This document shows, piece after piece, positions 17,265-25,537 of a stretch of DNA of 28,318 bases. Position 1 is the first letter of the stretch, and the number at the start of each line of letters is the position of its first letter. The stretch lies in NCBI GenBank assembly GCA_002779075.1, contig PEXK01000003.1, positions 1 to 28,318 of the forward strand, in the 5' to 3' direction. The notes under the pieces are model-generated. The model saw only the letters and a program-made list of their open reading frames with translations. It was not told the origin of the DNA and searched no databases. This stretch comes from Candidatus Diapherotrites archaeon CG08_land_8_20_14_0_20_30_16. Lineage in GTDB: Archaea > Iainarchaeota > Iainarchaeia > Iainarchaeales > 0-14-0-20-30-16. The position numbers and the translations under genes are program-made.

Positions 17265-17314
17265 CTTTGTAAAATATTTGTGTCGATAGACATAAAATAT
17301 TCTACACTGTATGT

Positions 17315-17821
17315 CTAGTGTGTATATTTGCTTGATAAAACGAAAACAACCTGTTGGCCTATTCTTTGTTTTTCTAAATAGCCCTCTTTATGAAGCTTAT
17401 TTAGCCTCTGTGATGCTGCATTTAGACCTTTATAGCCAACACTATCTTTAATGTCTTTAGCACTAATCCAATCCTTTCCTTTGGCTTGCCTTAGGATAGA
17501 TTTATCCTGATCTGTTAAAAATAGCTTCTCAATATCTGTTACCTCTTGTTCAGAAAGAGGAGATAAAGAGTTTCCCCCTTGCTTTTGTTCTAAGATCTTC
17601 AATAAGCTATCGTATTTCTTATTGAGACCCTCCATCAACTCATTTGTATGCTTCCTCTCGAGCATTAACTTGTAAATAAGCAAGCCCAAAACTTCTGGGC
17701 GATCACTCAAAGCAAAAATCTGCTCTACCAGCTCTGTTTCATTTGTTTCGCTAAGCTGTTGCAACACAACCTGCAGACCATTACTTTGTACATAGTCCTG
17801 ATTTACAATTTGCTGAGTCAT
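17315..17821 (-). CDS. Putative winged-helix DNA-binding protein
   Basis: 168 aa. The C-terminal ISAKDIKDSVGYKGLNAASQRLNKLHKEGYLEK...VVFVL looks like a wHTH. Palindromic/tandem repeats overlap its promoter. GC content is visibly higher than in the surroundings. Confidence 0.5.
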   Translation of the reverse strand: MTQQIVNQDYVQSNGLQVVLQQLSETNETELVEQIFALSDRPEVLGLLIYKLMLERKHTNELMEGLNKKYDSLLKILEQKQGGNSLSPLSEQEVTDIEKLFLTDQDKSILRQAKGKDWISAKDIKDSVGYKGLNAASQRLNKLHKEGYLEKQRIGQQVVFVLSSKYTH

Positions 17822-17848
17822 AATATATCATGACTTAATCATGACTTT
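17816..17848. promoter_or_regulatory. Operator-like repeats at the start of the wHTH gene: AGTCAT-N8-ATGACT inverted repeat plus tandem TCATGACTT spaced 11 nt
   Basis: Read directly: agtcat (17816-17821, includes the start codon), tcatgactt (17828-17836), tcatgacttt (17839-17848). A TATA-like ATATATTTAAA lies just upstream on the coding strand. Confidence 0.4.
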
Positions 17849-17944
17849 AAATATATTGTGTTCGAAAAAATAAAATTAGACCCCCTCAAGGTTTAAAAAA
17901 CTTACCCTTTGGGAGGTAAAAGTTAATTTTGTAATTCCAGCCAG

Positions 17945-18223
17945 TTATTTGCTTAAAACAATCTCCATTGCAGAGACCCTTACTGTACTTCCGTCTTCGT
18001 TGCTTAGTTCTTCAGTAGCTATCTTTATATTTTCTACCTTTAGATCCTTCGCAAACTTGTTTCTGACCATTTCCGCAACGTCTACTGCTGTGCTAATCGC
18101 TTTTCCTCTAGCTTTCAATGTAATTCTAGTTGAACCTTGGTTTAATATCGTTATTACTGCCAAAACATAACTCTTTGTATTTTTCTTTCCTACGAGTATT
18201 ACACCATCTTTTGCATCTGTCAT
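17945..18223 (-). CDS. albA: Alba DNA/RNA-binding chromatin protein
   Basis: 92 aa. The pattern VLVGKK....YVLAVIT.L.QG...I.LKARGKAIS.AVDVAE..RN.F is the Alba signature. T-tracts follow the stop on the coding strand. Confidence 0.9.
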   Translation of the reverse strand: MTDAKDGVILVGKKNTKSYVLAVITILNQGSTRITLKARGKAISTAVDVAEMVRNKFAKDLKVENIKIATEELSNEDGSTVRVSAMEIVLSK

Positions 18224-18364
18224 TAGATCACCTCATACCAGACTTTTAGAAAAAGTCTAGGTTTGTCAAAACTTGTATGTCTTTGACTTTGTCAAGCTGC
18301 ATACATCTTTACTTTGAATATATTTGTAGTATTATACAATATTAAGATTTATAAATGTTAGGAT

Positions 18365-19147
18365 TTGTATAGTATACAAGAAAATTGTTTCTGGCAAGGT
18401 GAAACTGTGATTGCGCAAAAAATAACAAAAATTGTAGATTATGTTAAAGATGATTTCAAAGGATATTATTTAATAGAAGGAACACCAAGTCCAGATTTAA
18501 TTGCAACAATTGCAACAAGATATTTGGTAGACACTTTAAAATTATTAAAAATTGCACATATTGAAAATCCAAGTATTGTTCCAATTGTAAGAATCAGTAA
18601 TGGTATTGCTGAGCATCCTATAAGAATTTATGCATCAAAAGAATATAAAATTTTAGTTTTGCTTAGTGATCAATTAATTGATAACAACCAAATGTTTGGT
18701 TTTTCTGATGCTTTAATTGAATGGGCAGAAAAAAAGAAAGTTAAAGGAATTATTTCTTTGCTCGGAATGGCCCCAAACAACACTATGCAGGGAATTTATG
18801 GTGCAGGAAACACAAAGAATATTCATGAGTTATTAAAAGCTCATGGCGTACAAATATTAGAGAATGGATTAATTTCTGGTGTTAGCGCAGAATTATTAAT
18901 ACTCGCAAAAAAAATTGATGCCTGTATTTTACTTGCAAATCCAGGACACTCAACAAATTTTGACTGTGCAGCAAAACTATTAGAACTTTTAGGGGCTGTT
19001 TTCAAATTCGAAATAAACACACAGCCATTAGAACAAGAATCAAAAAAAATAATTAGTGCGATAAAAGAAAAAATGCAGCAAATATATGCACAACAACAAA
19101 CAACACAAGGAAATAAAAAAGAAGATAAAGGAATGATGTTCACCTAA
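18365..19147 (+). CDS. PAC2-family proteasome assembly chaperone-like protein
   Basis: 260 aa. YLIEGTPSPDLIATIATRYLVDTL resembles the N-terminal G-rich/hydrophobic block of archaeal PAC2 (COG1938) proteins. The track start is a TTG, so the true start may be slightly downstream. Confidence 0.55.
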   Translation: MYSIQENCFWQGETVIAQKITKIVDYVKDDFKGYYLIEGTPSPDLIATIATRYLVDTLKLLKIAHIENPSIVPIVRISNGIAEHPIRIYASKEYKILVLLSDQLIDNNQMFGFSDALIEWAEKKKVKGIISLLGMAPNNTMQGIYGAGNTKNIHELLKAHGVQILENGLISGVSAELLILAKKIDACILLANPGHSTNFDCAAKLLELLGAVFKFEINTQPLEQESKKIISAIKEKMQQIYAQQQTTQGNKKEDKGMMFT

Positions 19148-19161
19148 AAGTTAAATTAATA

Positions 19162-19587
19162 CTATTTACCTTCAAGACTGTCAAATGTTTTTAATGTTCC
19201 TAAAATTTGTCTTGCTGTTATTTGTAATTTGGATAATTCAGAATCAAAATTAGGACTTTGTTCTCTACCTTTATATTTTAAATATAAATCTTCTACTTTT
19301 ATATTCAATAATTGCAATTCTAAATCTGCAACAATGCGCAAACGACCCAAAACCATTTTTCGCACAACTGGAGTTAATTCATGAATATTCTTTGATCCTA
19401 ACAACAATTCTTTTGCAATAGAATCTAATTTAGACATTTTGGCTAATCTTGATCTTAGTTCTTTCATTTTACGTCTTAATTCTGCACGCTTTTTAATAAC
19501 ATCTATAGCTCTTCTGAGCTTAAATTTCACATCTTCTCTTTCAGCTCTTAACGCTTCTGGTCTTTTAAACTCTGGCTTTTTAGGCAT
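19162..19587 (-). CDS. Hypothetical basic coiled-coil protein
   Basis: 141 aa, rich in K/R/E/L heptad-like sequence. It has its own TATA-like TTTTTAAATC about 25 nt upstream of the ATG. No family was recognised. Confidence 0.5.
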   Translation of the reverse strand: MPKKPEFKRPEALRAEREDVKFKLRRAIDVIKKRAELRRKMKELRSRLAKMSKLDSIAKELLLGSKNIHELTPVVRKMVLGRLRIVADLELQLLNIKVEDLYLKYKGREQSPNFDSELSKLQITARQILGTLKTFDSLEGK

Positions 19588-19625
19588 AATAATAAGTGCA
19601 AAAATAGATTTAAAAATAGGTGCCT

Positions 19626-19658
19626 AAAAAAATAAAAAAAGATGAGGATTTCCCCTCA
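19626..19658 (-). terminator. Hairpin (tgagg-atttcc-cctca) followed by long T-tracts on the minus strand
   Basis: The stem is 19643-19647/19654-19658. The plus-strand A-runs at 19626-19640 become T-runs on the minus strand, directly after the stop of the 258-aa membrane protein gene. Confidence 0.5.
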
Positions 19659-19672
19659 ATAATGTTTTGTAG

Positions 19673-20449
19673 TTACTCTTTTGCAAAGTAGTATGCAATG
19701 CAGAACATATATGCTGAAATTATTGGCAGAATAAAAATCATTGCAATCCAGCCAACAACAGGAATCATACTTATTAAACCAGATACTAATCCCATTATTG
19801 CGCAAACAAACCCTAAAACAAGACCATATACTAAAAGTATTGGTTTCTTGAATGCCTGTGTGAATGCAATACCTAATCCTTGCACAATTCCTGCTCCTAA
19901 TGCAATTTTACCAATCATGCTTAAACAACCAACTATTACATACAATGTTAATGCAATCCCTAAAATTATCGCAATAACAATACCAATAAAAGGTATTAAA
20001 GCAATTAATGAAAGAATAAACAGAATTATTCCTATTGCTATGTAATAAATCAAGAGAGCAATAAATAGTTTAAATCCTGTGTTAAAACAAGAACCCAAAC
20101 CATCAAAAAACTCAATTTTTTTCTTGGCGTCTATTGCATTTATTCTGTTAACAACAAATACTGCAATAACTGATGACAAGTATAGAGTAATTAAACCAAA
20201 CACTATCAGTCCAATTATCAAGCCTGTGCTTAACCGTAAAAGTTTACCTAAACCATCACCAGTCATGAGACTAGTAATAGATGCTGATGTCAAAGAAGTT
20301 GTAATGCCTGCTAACATTATTGCTGAAAATATCAATGCAAAAATTCCGAATATTACTCCAACAATAAGATTTAGAACCAATGTTGGCCAATACAAATCTT
20401 TATTGAAAATTTTCCCAAACACATTTGAGAAATAATCTCCTAATTCCAT
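19673..20449 (-). CDS. Polytopic membrane protein (Gly/Ile/Leu-rich, about 6 TM)
   Basis: 258 aa, almost entirely hydrophobic helices. It is preceded by AGGAGGAG 5 nt upstream of the ATG and a TATA-like CTTATAAATATTT. No family was recognised. Confidence 0.65.
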   Translation of the reverse strand: MELGDYFSNVFGKIFNKDLYWPTLVLNLIVGVIFGIFALIFSAIMLAGITTSLTSASITSLMTGDGLGKLLRLSTGLIIGLIVFGLITLYLSSVIAVFVVNRINAIDAKKKIEFFDGLGSCFNTGFKLFIALLIYYIAIGIILFILSLIALIPFIGIVIAIILGIALTLYVIVGCLSMIGKIALGAGIVQGLGIAFTQAFKKPILLVYGLVLGFVCAIMGLVSGLISMIPVVGWIAMIFILPIISAYMFCIAYYFAKE

Positions 20450-20552
20450 TTTATCTCCTCCTATTCTTTTTTAAAATATTTATAAGTGGCAAACAAGTTG
20501 TAATCTGCAAAAGCTATATTTGATTTGCCAATTCAATATTCTTTTTTAATCA

Positions 20553-20614
20553 ACATATAAAAATATGCTTTAGTGTTACACCCTCGCAGTATATAAAAAT
20601 ATGCTGTTTAGTGT
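20553..20614. repeat. Composite element: direct repeats ATATAAAAATATGCT(G)TTTAGTGT (20554-20575 and 20591-20614) flanking the core TTACACCCTCGCA (20576-20588)
   Basis: Read directly. It abuts the stop codon of the giant gene (20616-20618). The core is identical to 17252-17264. Confidence 0.6.
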
Positions 20615-20615
20615 A

Positions 20616-23600
20616 TTATTCTTCTTTTCTAAATATTGATAAATATAATATTGCAATTACTGTAAATAAACTCAAACAAACAAACAAATATCTTTGTTGG
20701 CCTTCGAACAAAGGGATATCCCATGCCCCTTTGCTTCCTGTTGCTGTGCTTGGTTGATAAAGAGGATTTCCTCCGGGTTTTGTTACGCCAGCAGTATCCC
20801 TCCAACCCTCAGTTGCAAATTTATCACTAAAAGGAAGCATCTGTGAATTTGCAACTGTCCATTCTTTAGTACTTGGATCAAAATAAAATGAACCATTTCT
20901 TCCCTGTGCCATTAATAATGGTGATTTAACACCATTGTATGATAACATTGGTTTGCCATTTTCATTGCTGAATTCTATTGTATGTGGTTTGCCATCTGCT
21001 GTTGTTATTTTCACCCCTTTATCTGTTTGTTCAATTGATTTTATTTCTGAATCTGAAATTACTTTGCCTGTTTTCTTATTTATTGCTCTTAAATATTGTT
21101 TACATTCTCCATTTTCTAATTTAGAGTAAAACATCAAAGCAACATCTGGTGTTTCAAAATACTGGAAAGGCCCAGCTTTCTTTAATGCTTGGTCGAATTT
21201 TTCGCCTTTTTCTTTTGCTGAAACATCGTTTTGATTTCCTAAAACTGACAAATCAAATGTCTGTTCTTCACAGCCAGTTTCTGGATTTGTAACAGTTGTT
21301 GGTGTACCCCAAAATCTTTGAACATCTCTTCCATTTATTGATGCAATAACCTTAATCCAAAGAACAAAATCTCTGTCTGTTTTTCTGTAAATCATTACAC
21401 CTTTCTGGAATTGCACTGCTGCCAGTGTTCCTAAATCTGTTTTCTTTATTGGTGCAATAACATGAACATTTGAATCTACTATTAAACTGTCATCAATATT
21501 TAATCTTTCAACATTGCCGCCCAAAGCAGAGAAATATCTGCCATTAGGAGTTACACTTCCCACATTTTCTGTTTCTATTGCAGTAACTAGGCCAGTATAT
21601 TCAATAGAATTTGTATAGTTAAAGCCTGTTTGTTGTCTTGCGCCACCCATAAAACAAAGCATTGTGCTTGAATCAAGAATTTTGAAATCTCCATTAGGAT
21701 ACATTTGGAAATAATCAACACTTAAATCTGCAGGAATAAAAGTTGCACTCTGTGGAATTTCATAACCCCCAAATATTCCATTTTTAGCTGCAAGTTCAAT
21801 TAAATCGCTTTGCAAAACCTTATTTCCATTGACAAATATTGCATCCTGTGATTTATCTATCAAAACATTAAATGGTTTGTTATCAAATGTTTTGCCAGTT
21901 GCAGAAATCAAACTTTTTTTGTCCTCACCATTAACATTGCATGTTGATCTTGGACCAAACCATGCTAAAAAAATTCCTGGTGTTTCATATTTTCCTGTTG
22001 CAATATTTTTCGTATCATATTCAATTTGCAAAAATTCTTTTTCATTATCTTGAACCAAATTTACAAGTTTATTTTTTATATCATCAATTGCTTTATTCAC
22101 TTTGTCTAATGTATCTTCTGGCTTTGGTGCACCAGCAGTTGCAACAGTTTCTTTGCCTTTTGAAACCAGACCGCCAAGAATACCTTGATTTTCTGATTCT
22201 TTTGTAAACTTATGAACATAATGTATGTAATACCCTTCCTCACTATCAACACAATCTTCAAAATGGTCCATTACTTGAGTATCTATAAGATATGACCCCG
22301 TAGTACCTAAAAGCATTGCAGAAACTCCTGGCAAAAACAACATAGGTACATAGAAAATAGTACTATCAATAAGTCCTACTGCCAAACCAACACGTGATGC
22401 ATTTGCTTTAAACCAATCATCAAAAATAGGTATTTGCCCAAAGAAAGATGTTGCTACTTTATCAAAGCATGTTTCTTTTGCTGATATTGCCTGTTCAATA
22501 TTTATTTTATCATTTACATTTGTTCCTTTACTTGTATTGCCCATATTAAACTCAATATTTGTGTGGTGTGTAAACACAGCTAAACTCAACCCATCCTGCA
22601 AAGTTTTAGAATCTGGGAATTCCAAAATATAATTTTTAGTATCATTTTTTGCAAGTGTTATTACATTAATAATATTTCCTTTTTGTTTTCTTACAACAAC
22701 ACATTCTCTGCAATTTTCTAATGTTGTAATATAATGCACAACATCTTTAACATTATCTCTTGATTTTACACCTGCAAAATCAAAAATAGTTTTTTTCATA
22801 CCTTCATTAGGCATAATAGTTCCAATAGTTTTTGCAATTGTTTTTATAAAAACTTCCCCAAAAAAATCTCCACTTGAAAATGTTTCATTTACAAAAAAAT
22901 CAATATATGCATCATTATATACACCACTTGAGCCTGTAAAAATTTTAACATTGCTCATTTCTTTTTCGCCAACAAAATATGCTTTCAATGGTGAACTTTC
23001 AGATGTTTTCATCATCCAATATACTTGCGGTCCCAAAAAAGTTAACCCAAACTTTTTTATAAAATTTTGAGAGAATGTATATTTCTGTTGATATAGCATC
23101 CAATTTAATAAATTTGCATATTTAGCATCTTGCAATCCGCGAGTTTTCATTGCTATTAACATATCTGCAGACCTGGCCTCTATTTTGGGCATTGTTTTTC
23201 CACCAAATTCAGCAAACAGTTTATGCATTTCATCAACAATAGTTTGTGATTCTTTCTCGCCCAATGCTTTGAAACCACTTTTAGGAACTACGCTAACAGA
23301 TATTTGAGGTAGTCCAGGATATGCTGCTTTTATTGTTTCTAATGTTTGTTCATTTAAATGCACCCAAGAACCATTAACATTAACAACATATTTCTCTGCT
23401 GTTGCTTTAGCTAATCCTTCTAATTTATTTATTGCTACAGGATTAGGCAATGGCGTAGGCGATGCAACCTCTAGTAATGTACGTATCTTTTTATCCTTAA
23501 TGTCTTTGAAAGGTTCAAATTTAGGATCAGATAACCCAGTTCCCAAGATTCCCTTCTTTGCAGGCTTGCTAGCTAATCCTACTATCCCATCTGCACCTTT

Positions 23601-24983
23601 TACCTCTACAAAGTATTTAGCATATTGTGGGTTCTTTTCAAAGAATAAATCAACCATTGATTGCCCTAATCCTGCTGGTGTATCATTTGTTGCTATTAAT
23701 ATATCCCTAACAAGAGCAGGATTTGATTCTGCTGCTATTTTAAGTTGTGCCCCAAGTACACTGGAATATGCTTGCCTTGTTTCTAAAAATTTCGCTAATG
23801 CTCTTTTTTTCCGTGGAGTATCAAGCTTTTCGAAAACTGGTTTAAGAGCTGCTACTAATTTGTCTGAAGAACGTTCTGCAAATGCTTTTTCCAAAGCTTT
23901 AATTTTATCTGCATCTAATCCATCTAGAAGTCCCGTGGCTCTTAAATTTGCTGCTGCTTTTTCTGCAGCTCCTTGATAACCGCCACTAAAAAGTTTATAT
24001 TTTAATGCTTTTATTGGTGACCCTTCTTTATTCAACAAATCTGTTAATCCTGTAAGTTTTGCTGCTTTTTTTGTCAGACCCCAAACTGCGGGTCCTGCAG
24101 CAGTTGCAATCAAACTGCCAGAATAATAACTATTATAAAACCTGTTGAAAAAAGAATAAATGTAAATCTTGCATCTTTCACCTGCATTTGGTCCTGTGCA
24201 TATATCTTGAAAATAAGCAGTAAAATCATCTGTTTGAACATGATTTGGAATTAAAACATTTGATTTTGGTCTTTGAGGTACATCAGCTTTTGCATTCCCT
24301 AGAGCTTCAGGATCATTCCAATCATCTAAAGTTGTTTTTGGGGGGGGGCCAATACCCTCTGTTCCTTCTTTCTTTAAAAATTCGTCTTCTGCTTTTTTTA
24401 TTTCTTCTGGATTTTTCTTTGTAATATTGCTTGTCAAAGTTTTTTCATCAAAAATACCGAAAAAGCTTTGTTCTGCCAAAGCTACACCAGTAACTGAATT
24501 GGAAAACTGCAAACCGCCAACATTCACACTGCAGTTTTGCACTTGCCCCATGCATCTTGCTACCCTTAATGTTTTTTCTAAAATCATTCCATTTGAAAAA
24601 TCGCCAGTACAAGTTTCATGCAATTTAGCATCTTTTTCATCAACACCCTTTGTTTCACAGTCTATTTTAATAGCTCCACCCATTTCTTTTGTTTCATTTA
24701 AAACATTTATCTCTGGGCATTCTTCTGCTGGTGTTTTTTGCGTTTTTGCATTTGTATCATTTACTGCTTTCCCAGAACGCATTTCACTGGGCTTTGCATA
24801 TTGATACAAAAAATTGTTCCAAAGTGACTGTACTTGCTGGGGAGTTAAAACAATTGTTCTGCAAGAGCCCATAAAACAGGCTTCGCTTTTGCATTGATAA
24901 TCTTCAGCATGTACAAAATTAGTGACAAAAATAAATGCAAGGAAAATAAAAAGCAAAGAAAACAACAAAAGTTTAATATTCAT
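20616..24983 (-). CDS. Giant secreted/surface protein, 1455 aa, N-terminal signal peptide and C-terminal TM anchor; no recognised domain
   Basis: The N-terminus MNIKLLLFSLLFIFLAFIFVTNFVHA|EDYQC looks like a Sec signal. A Cys-rich N-terminal region follows. The C-terminus ...YLFVCLSLFTVIAILYLSIFRKEE is a TM helix with a charged tail. Several internal hydrophobic stretches occur. The long uninterrupted ORF in AT-rich DNA is itself strong coding evidence. Confidence 0.85.
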   Translation of the reverse strand: MNIKLLLFSLLFIFLAFIFVTNFVHAEDYQCKSEACFMGSCRTIVLTPQQVQSLWNNFLYQYAKPSEMRSGKAVNDTNAKTQKTPAEECPEINVLNETKEMGGAIKIDCETKGVDEKDAKLHETCTGDFSNGMILEKTLRVARCMGQVQNCSVNVGGLQFSNSVTGVALAEQSFFGIFDEKTLTSNITKKNPEEIKKAEDEFLKKEGTEGIGPPPKTTLDDWNDPEALGNAKADVPQRPKSNVLIPNHVQTDDFTAYFQDICTGPNAGERCKIYIYSFFNRFYNSYYSGSLIATAAGPAVWGLTKKAAKLTGLTDLLNKEGSPIKALKYKLFSGGYQGAAEKAAANLRATGLLDGLDADKIKALEKAFAERSSDKLVAALKPVFEKLDTPRKKRALAKFLETRQAYSSVLGAQLKIAAESNPALVRDILIATNDTPAGLGQSMVDLFFEKNPQYAKYFVEVKGADGIVGLASKPAKKGILGTGLSDPKFEPFKDIKDKKIRTLLEVASPTPLPNPVAINKLEGLAKATAEKYVVNVNGSWVHLNEQTLETIKAAYPGLPQISVSVVPKSGFKALGEKESQTIVDEMHKLFAEFGGKTMPKIEARSADMLIAMKTRGLQDAKYANLLNWMLYQQKYTFSQNFIKKFGLTFLGPQVYWMMKTSESSPLKAYFVGEKEMSNVKIFTGSSGVYNDAYIDFFVNETFSSGDFFGEVFIKTIAKTIGTIMPNEGMKKTIFDFAGVKSRDNVKDVVHYITTLENCRECVVVRKQKGNIINVITLAKNDTKNYILEFPDSKTLQDGLSLAVFTHHTNIEFNMGNTSKGTNVNDKINIEQAISAKETCFDKVATSFFGQIPIFDDWFKANASRVGLAVGLIDSTIFYVPMLFLPGVSAMLLGTTGSYLIDTQVMDHFEDCVDSEEGYYIHYVHKFTKESENQGILGGLVSKGKETVATAGAPKPEDTLDKVNKAIDDIKNKLVNLVQDNEKEFLQIEYDTKNIATGKYETPGIFLAWFGPRSTCNVNGEDKKSLISATGKTFDNKPFNVLIDKSQDAIFVNGNKVLQSDLIELAAKNGIFGGYEIPQSATFIPADLSVDYFQMYPNGDFKILDSSTMLCFMGGARQQTGFNYTNSIEYTGLVTAIETENVGSVTPNGRYFSALGGNVERLNIDDSLIVDSNVHVIAPIKKTDLGTLAAVQFQKGVMIYRKTDRDFVLWIKVIASINGRDVQRFWGTPTTVTNPETGCEEQTFDLSVLGNQNDVSAKEKGEKFDQALKKAGPFQYFETPDVALMFYSKLENGECKQYLRAINKKTGKVISDSEIKSIEQTDKGVKITTADGKPHTIEFSNENGKPMLSYNGVKSPLLMAQGRNGSFYFDPSTKEWTVANSQMLPFSDKFATEGWRDTAGVTKPGGNPLYQPSTATGSKGAWDIPLFEGQQRYLFVCLSLFTVIAILYLSIFRKEE
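24340..24348. repeat. G9 homopolymer (C9 on the coding strand, encoding GPPPK) inside the giant gene
   Basis: Counted directly: ...gttgttttt-ggggggggg-cc... I saw no other G/C run of this length while reading the window. Confidence 0.9.
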
Positions 24984-25004
24984 ATTTTATCACATAATTT
25001 CATT

Positions 25005-25523
25005 TCAAAAAATAATCATTGCTAATAATCCCCCGGGAATCCAGGGAAAAATCATTAAAATTATACTGAGTATTAACCCAATAATCAACATCGTTATATA
25101 TGTATTAAATAGTGAAGATTTAAACTTTAGCTTTTTTAGGAGATATGCCCCGAAGAAAACAAATATCTGCACTATAAAAGTTATGGCTAGAGAATACATC
25201 AAAAAAAGACCAATCAACTTCAAAACAAAAACTAGCTTGTCTGTTGCAATTTCATAACCTTTTAAGGGCAGACCAAAAAACCAAAGCGGGCAAAAGTATA
25301 TCAAAACAACAAAAACAAGCACTAAAATATAGGCTGAAAAAAATGTGGCAAGGTTCCAATTCATTTTCTTTGAAAAAAGATTGAACAAAAACAATCCTGG
25401 ATAATAAACAATTGTCAACACAACACTAGTAATTAGAGAATATATTACTAAACTCTTTAATGTATATAATATAGTTAATAATATAGAAGATACTTCGGGC
25501 ATCTTATAAATAAGGCACAACAT
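25005..25523 (-). CDS. Polytopic membrane protein (about 5 TM), first gene of the giant-protein cluster
   Basis: 172 aa of hydrophobic helices, ending 22 nt before the giant gene ATG. An alternative start at the ATG at 25502 (MPEVSS...) would leave a 50-nt divergent promoter region with two TATA-like boxes. Confidence 0.65.
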   Translation of the reverse strand: MLCLIYKMPEVSSILLTILYTLKSLVIYSLITSVVLTIVYYPGLFLFNLFSKKMNWNLATFFSAYILVLVFVVLIYFCPLWFFGLPLKGYEIATDKLVFVLKLIGLFLMYSLAITFIVQIFVFFGAYLLKKLKFKSSLFNTYITMLIIGLILSIILMIFPWIPGGLLAMIIF

Positions 25524-25537
25524 ATTTAAAGATATTT

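Noticed and set aside
18224-18364. Perfect 8-bp palindrome agactttt-aga-aaaagtct (about 18241-18259) and TTGTCAA repeats in the albA/PAC2 divergent intergenic region as an operator.
   Set aside because: It is real in the sequence, but AT-rich palindromes of this size are common in such promoters. With no second copy and no associated regulator I could not support a specific call.
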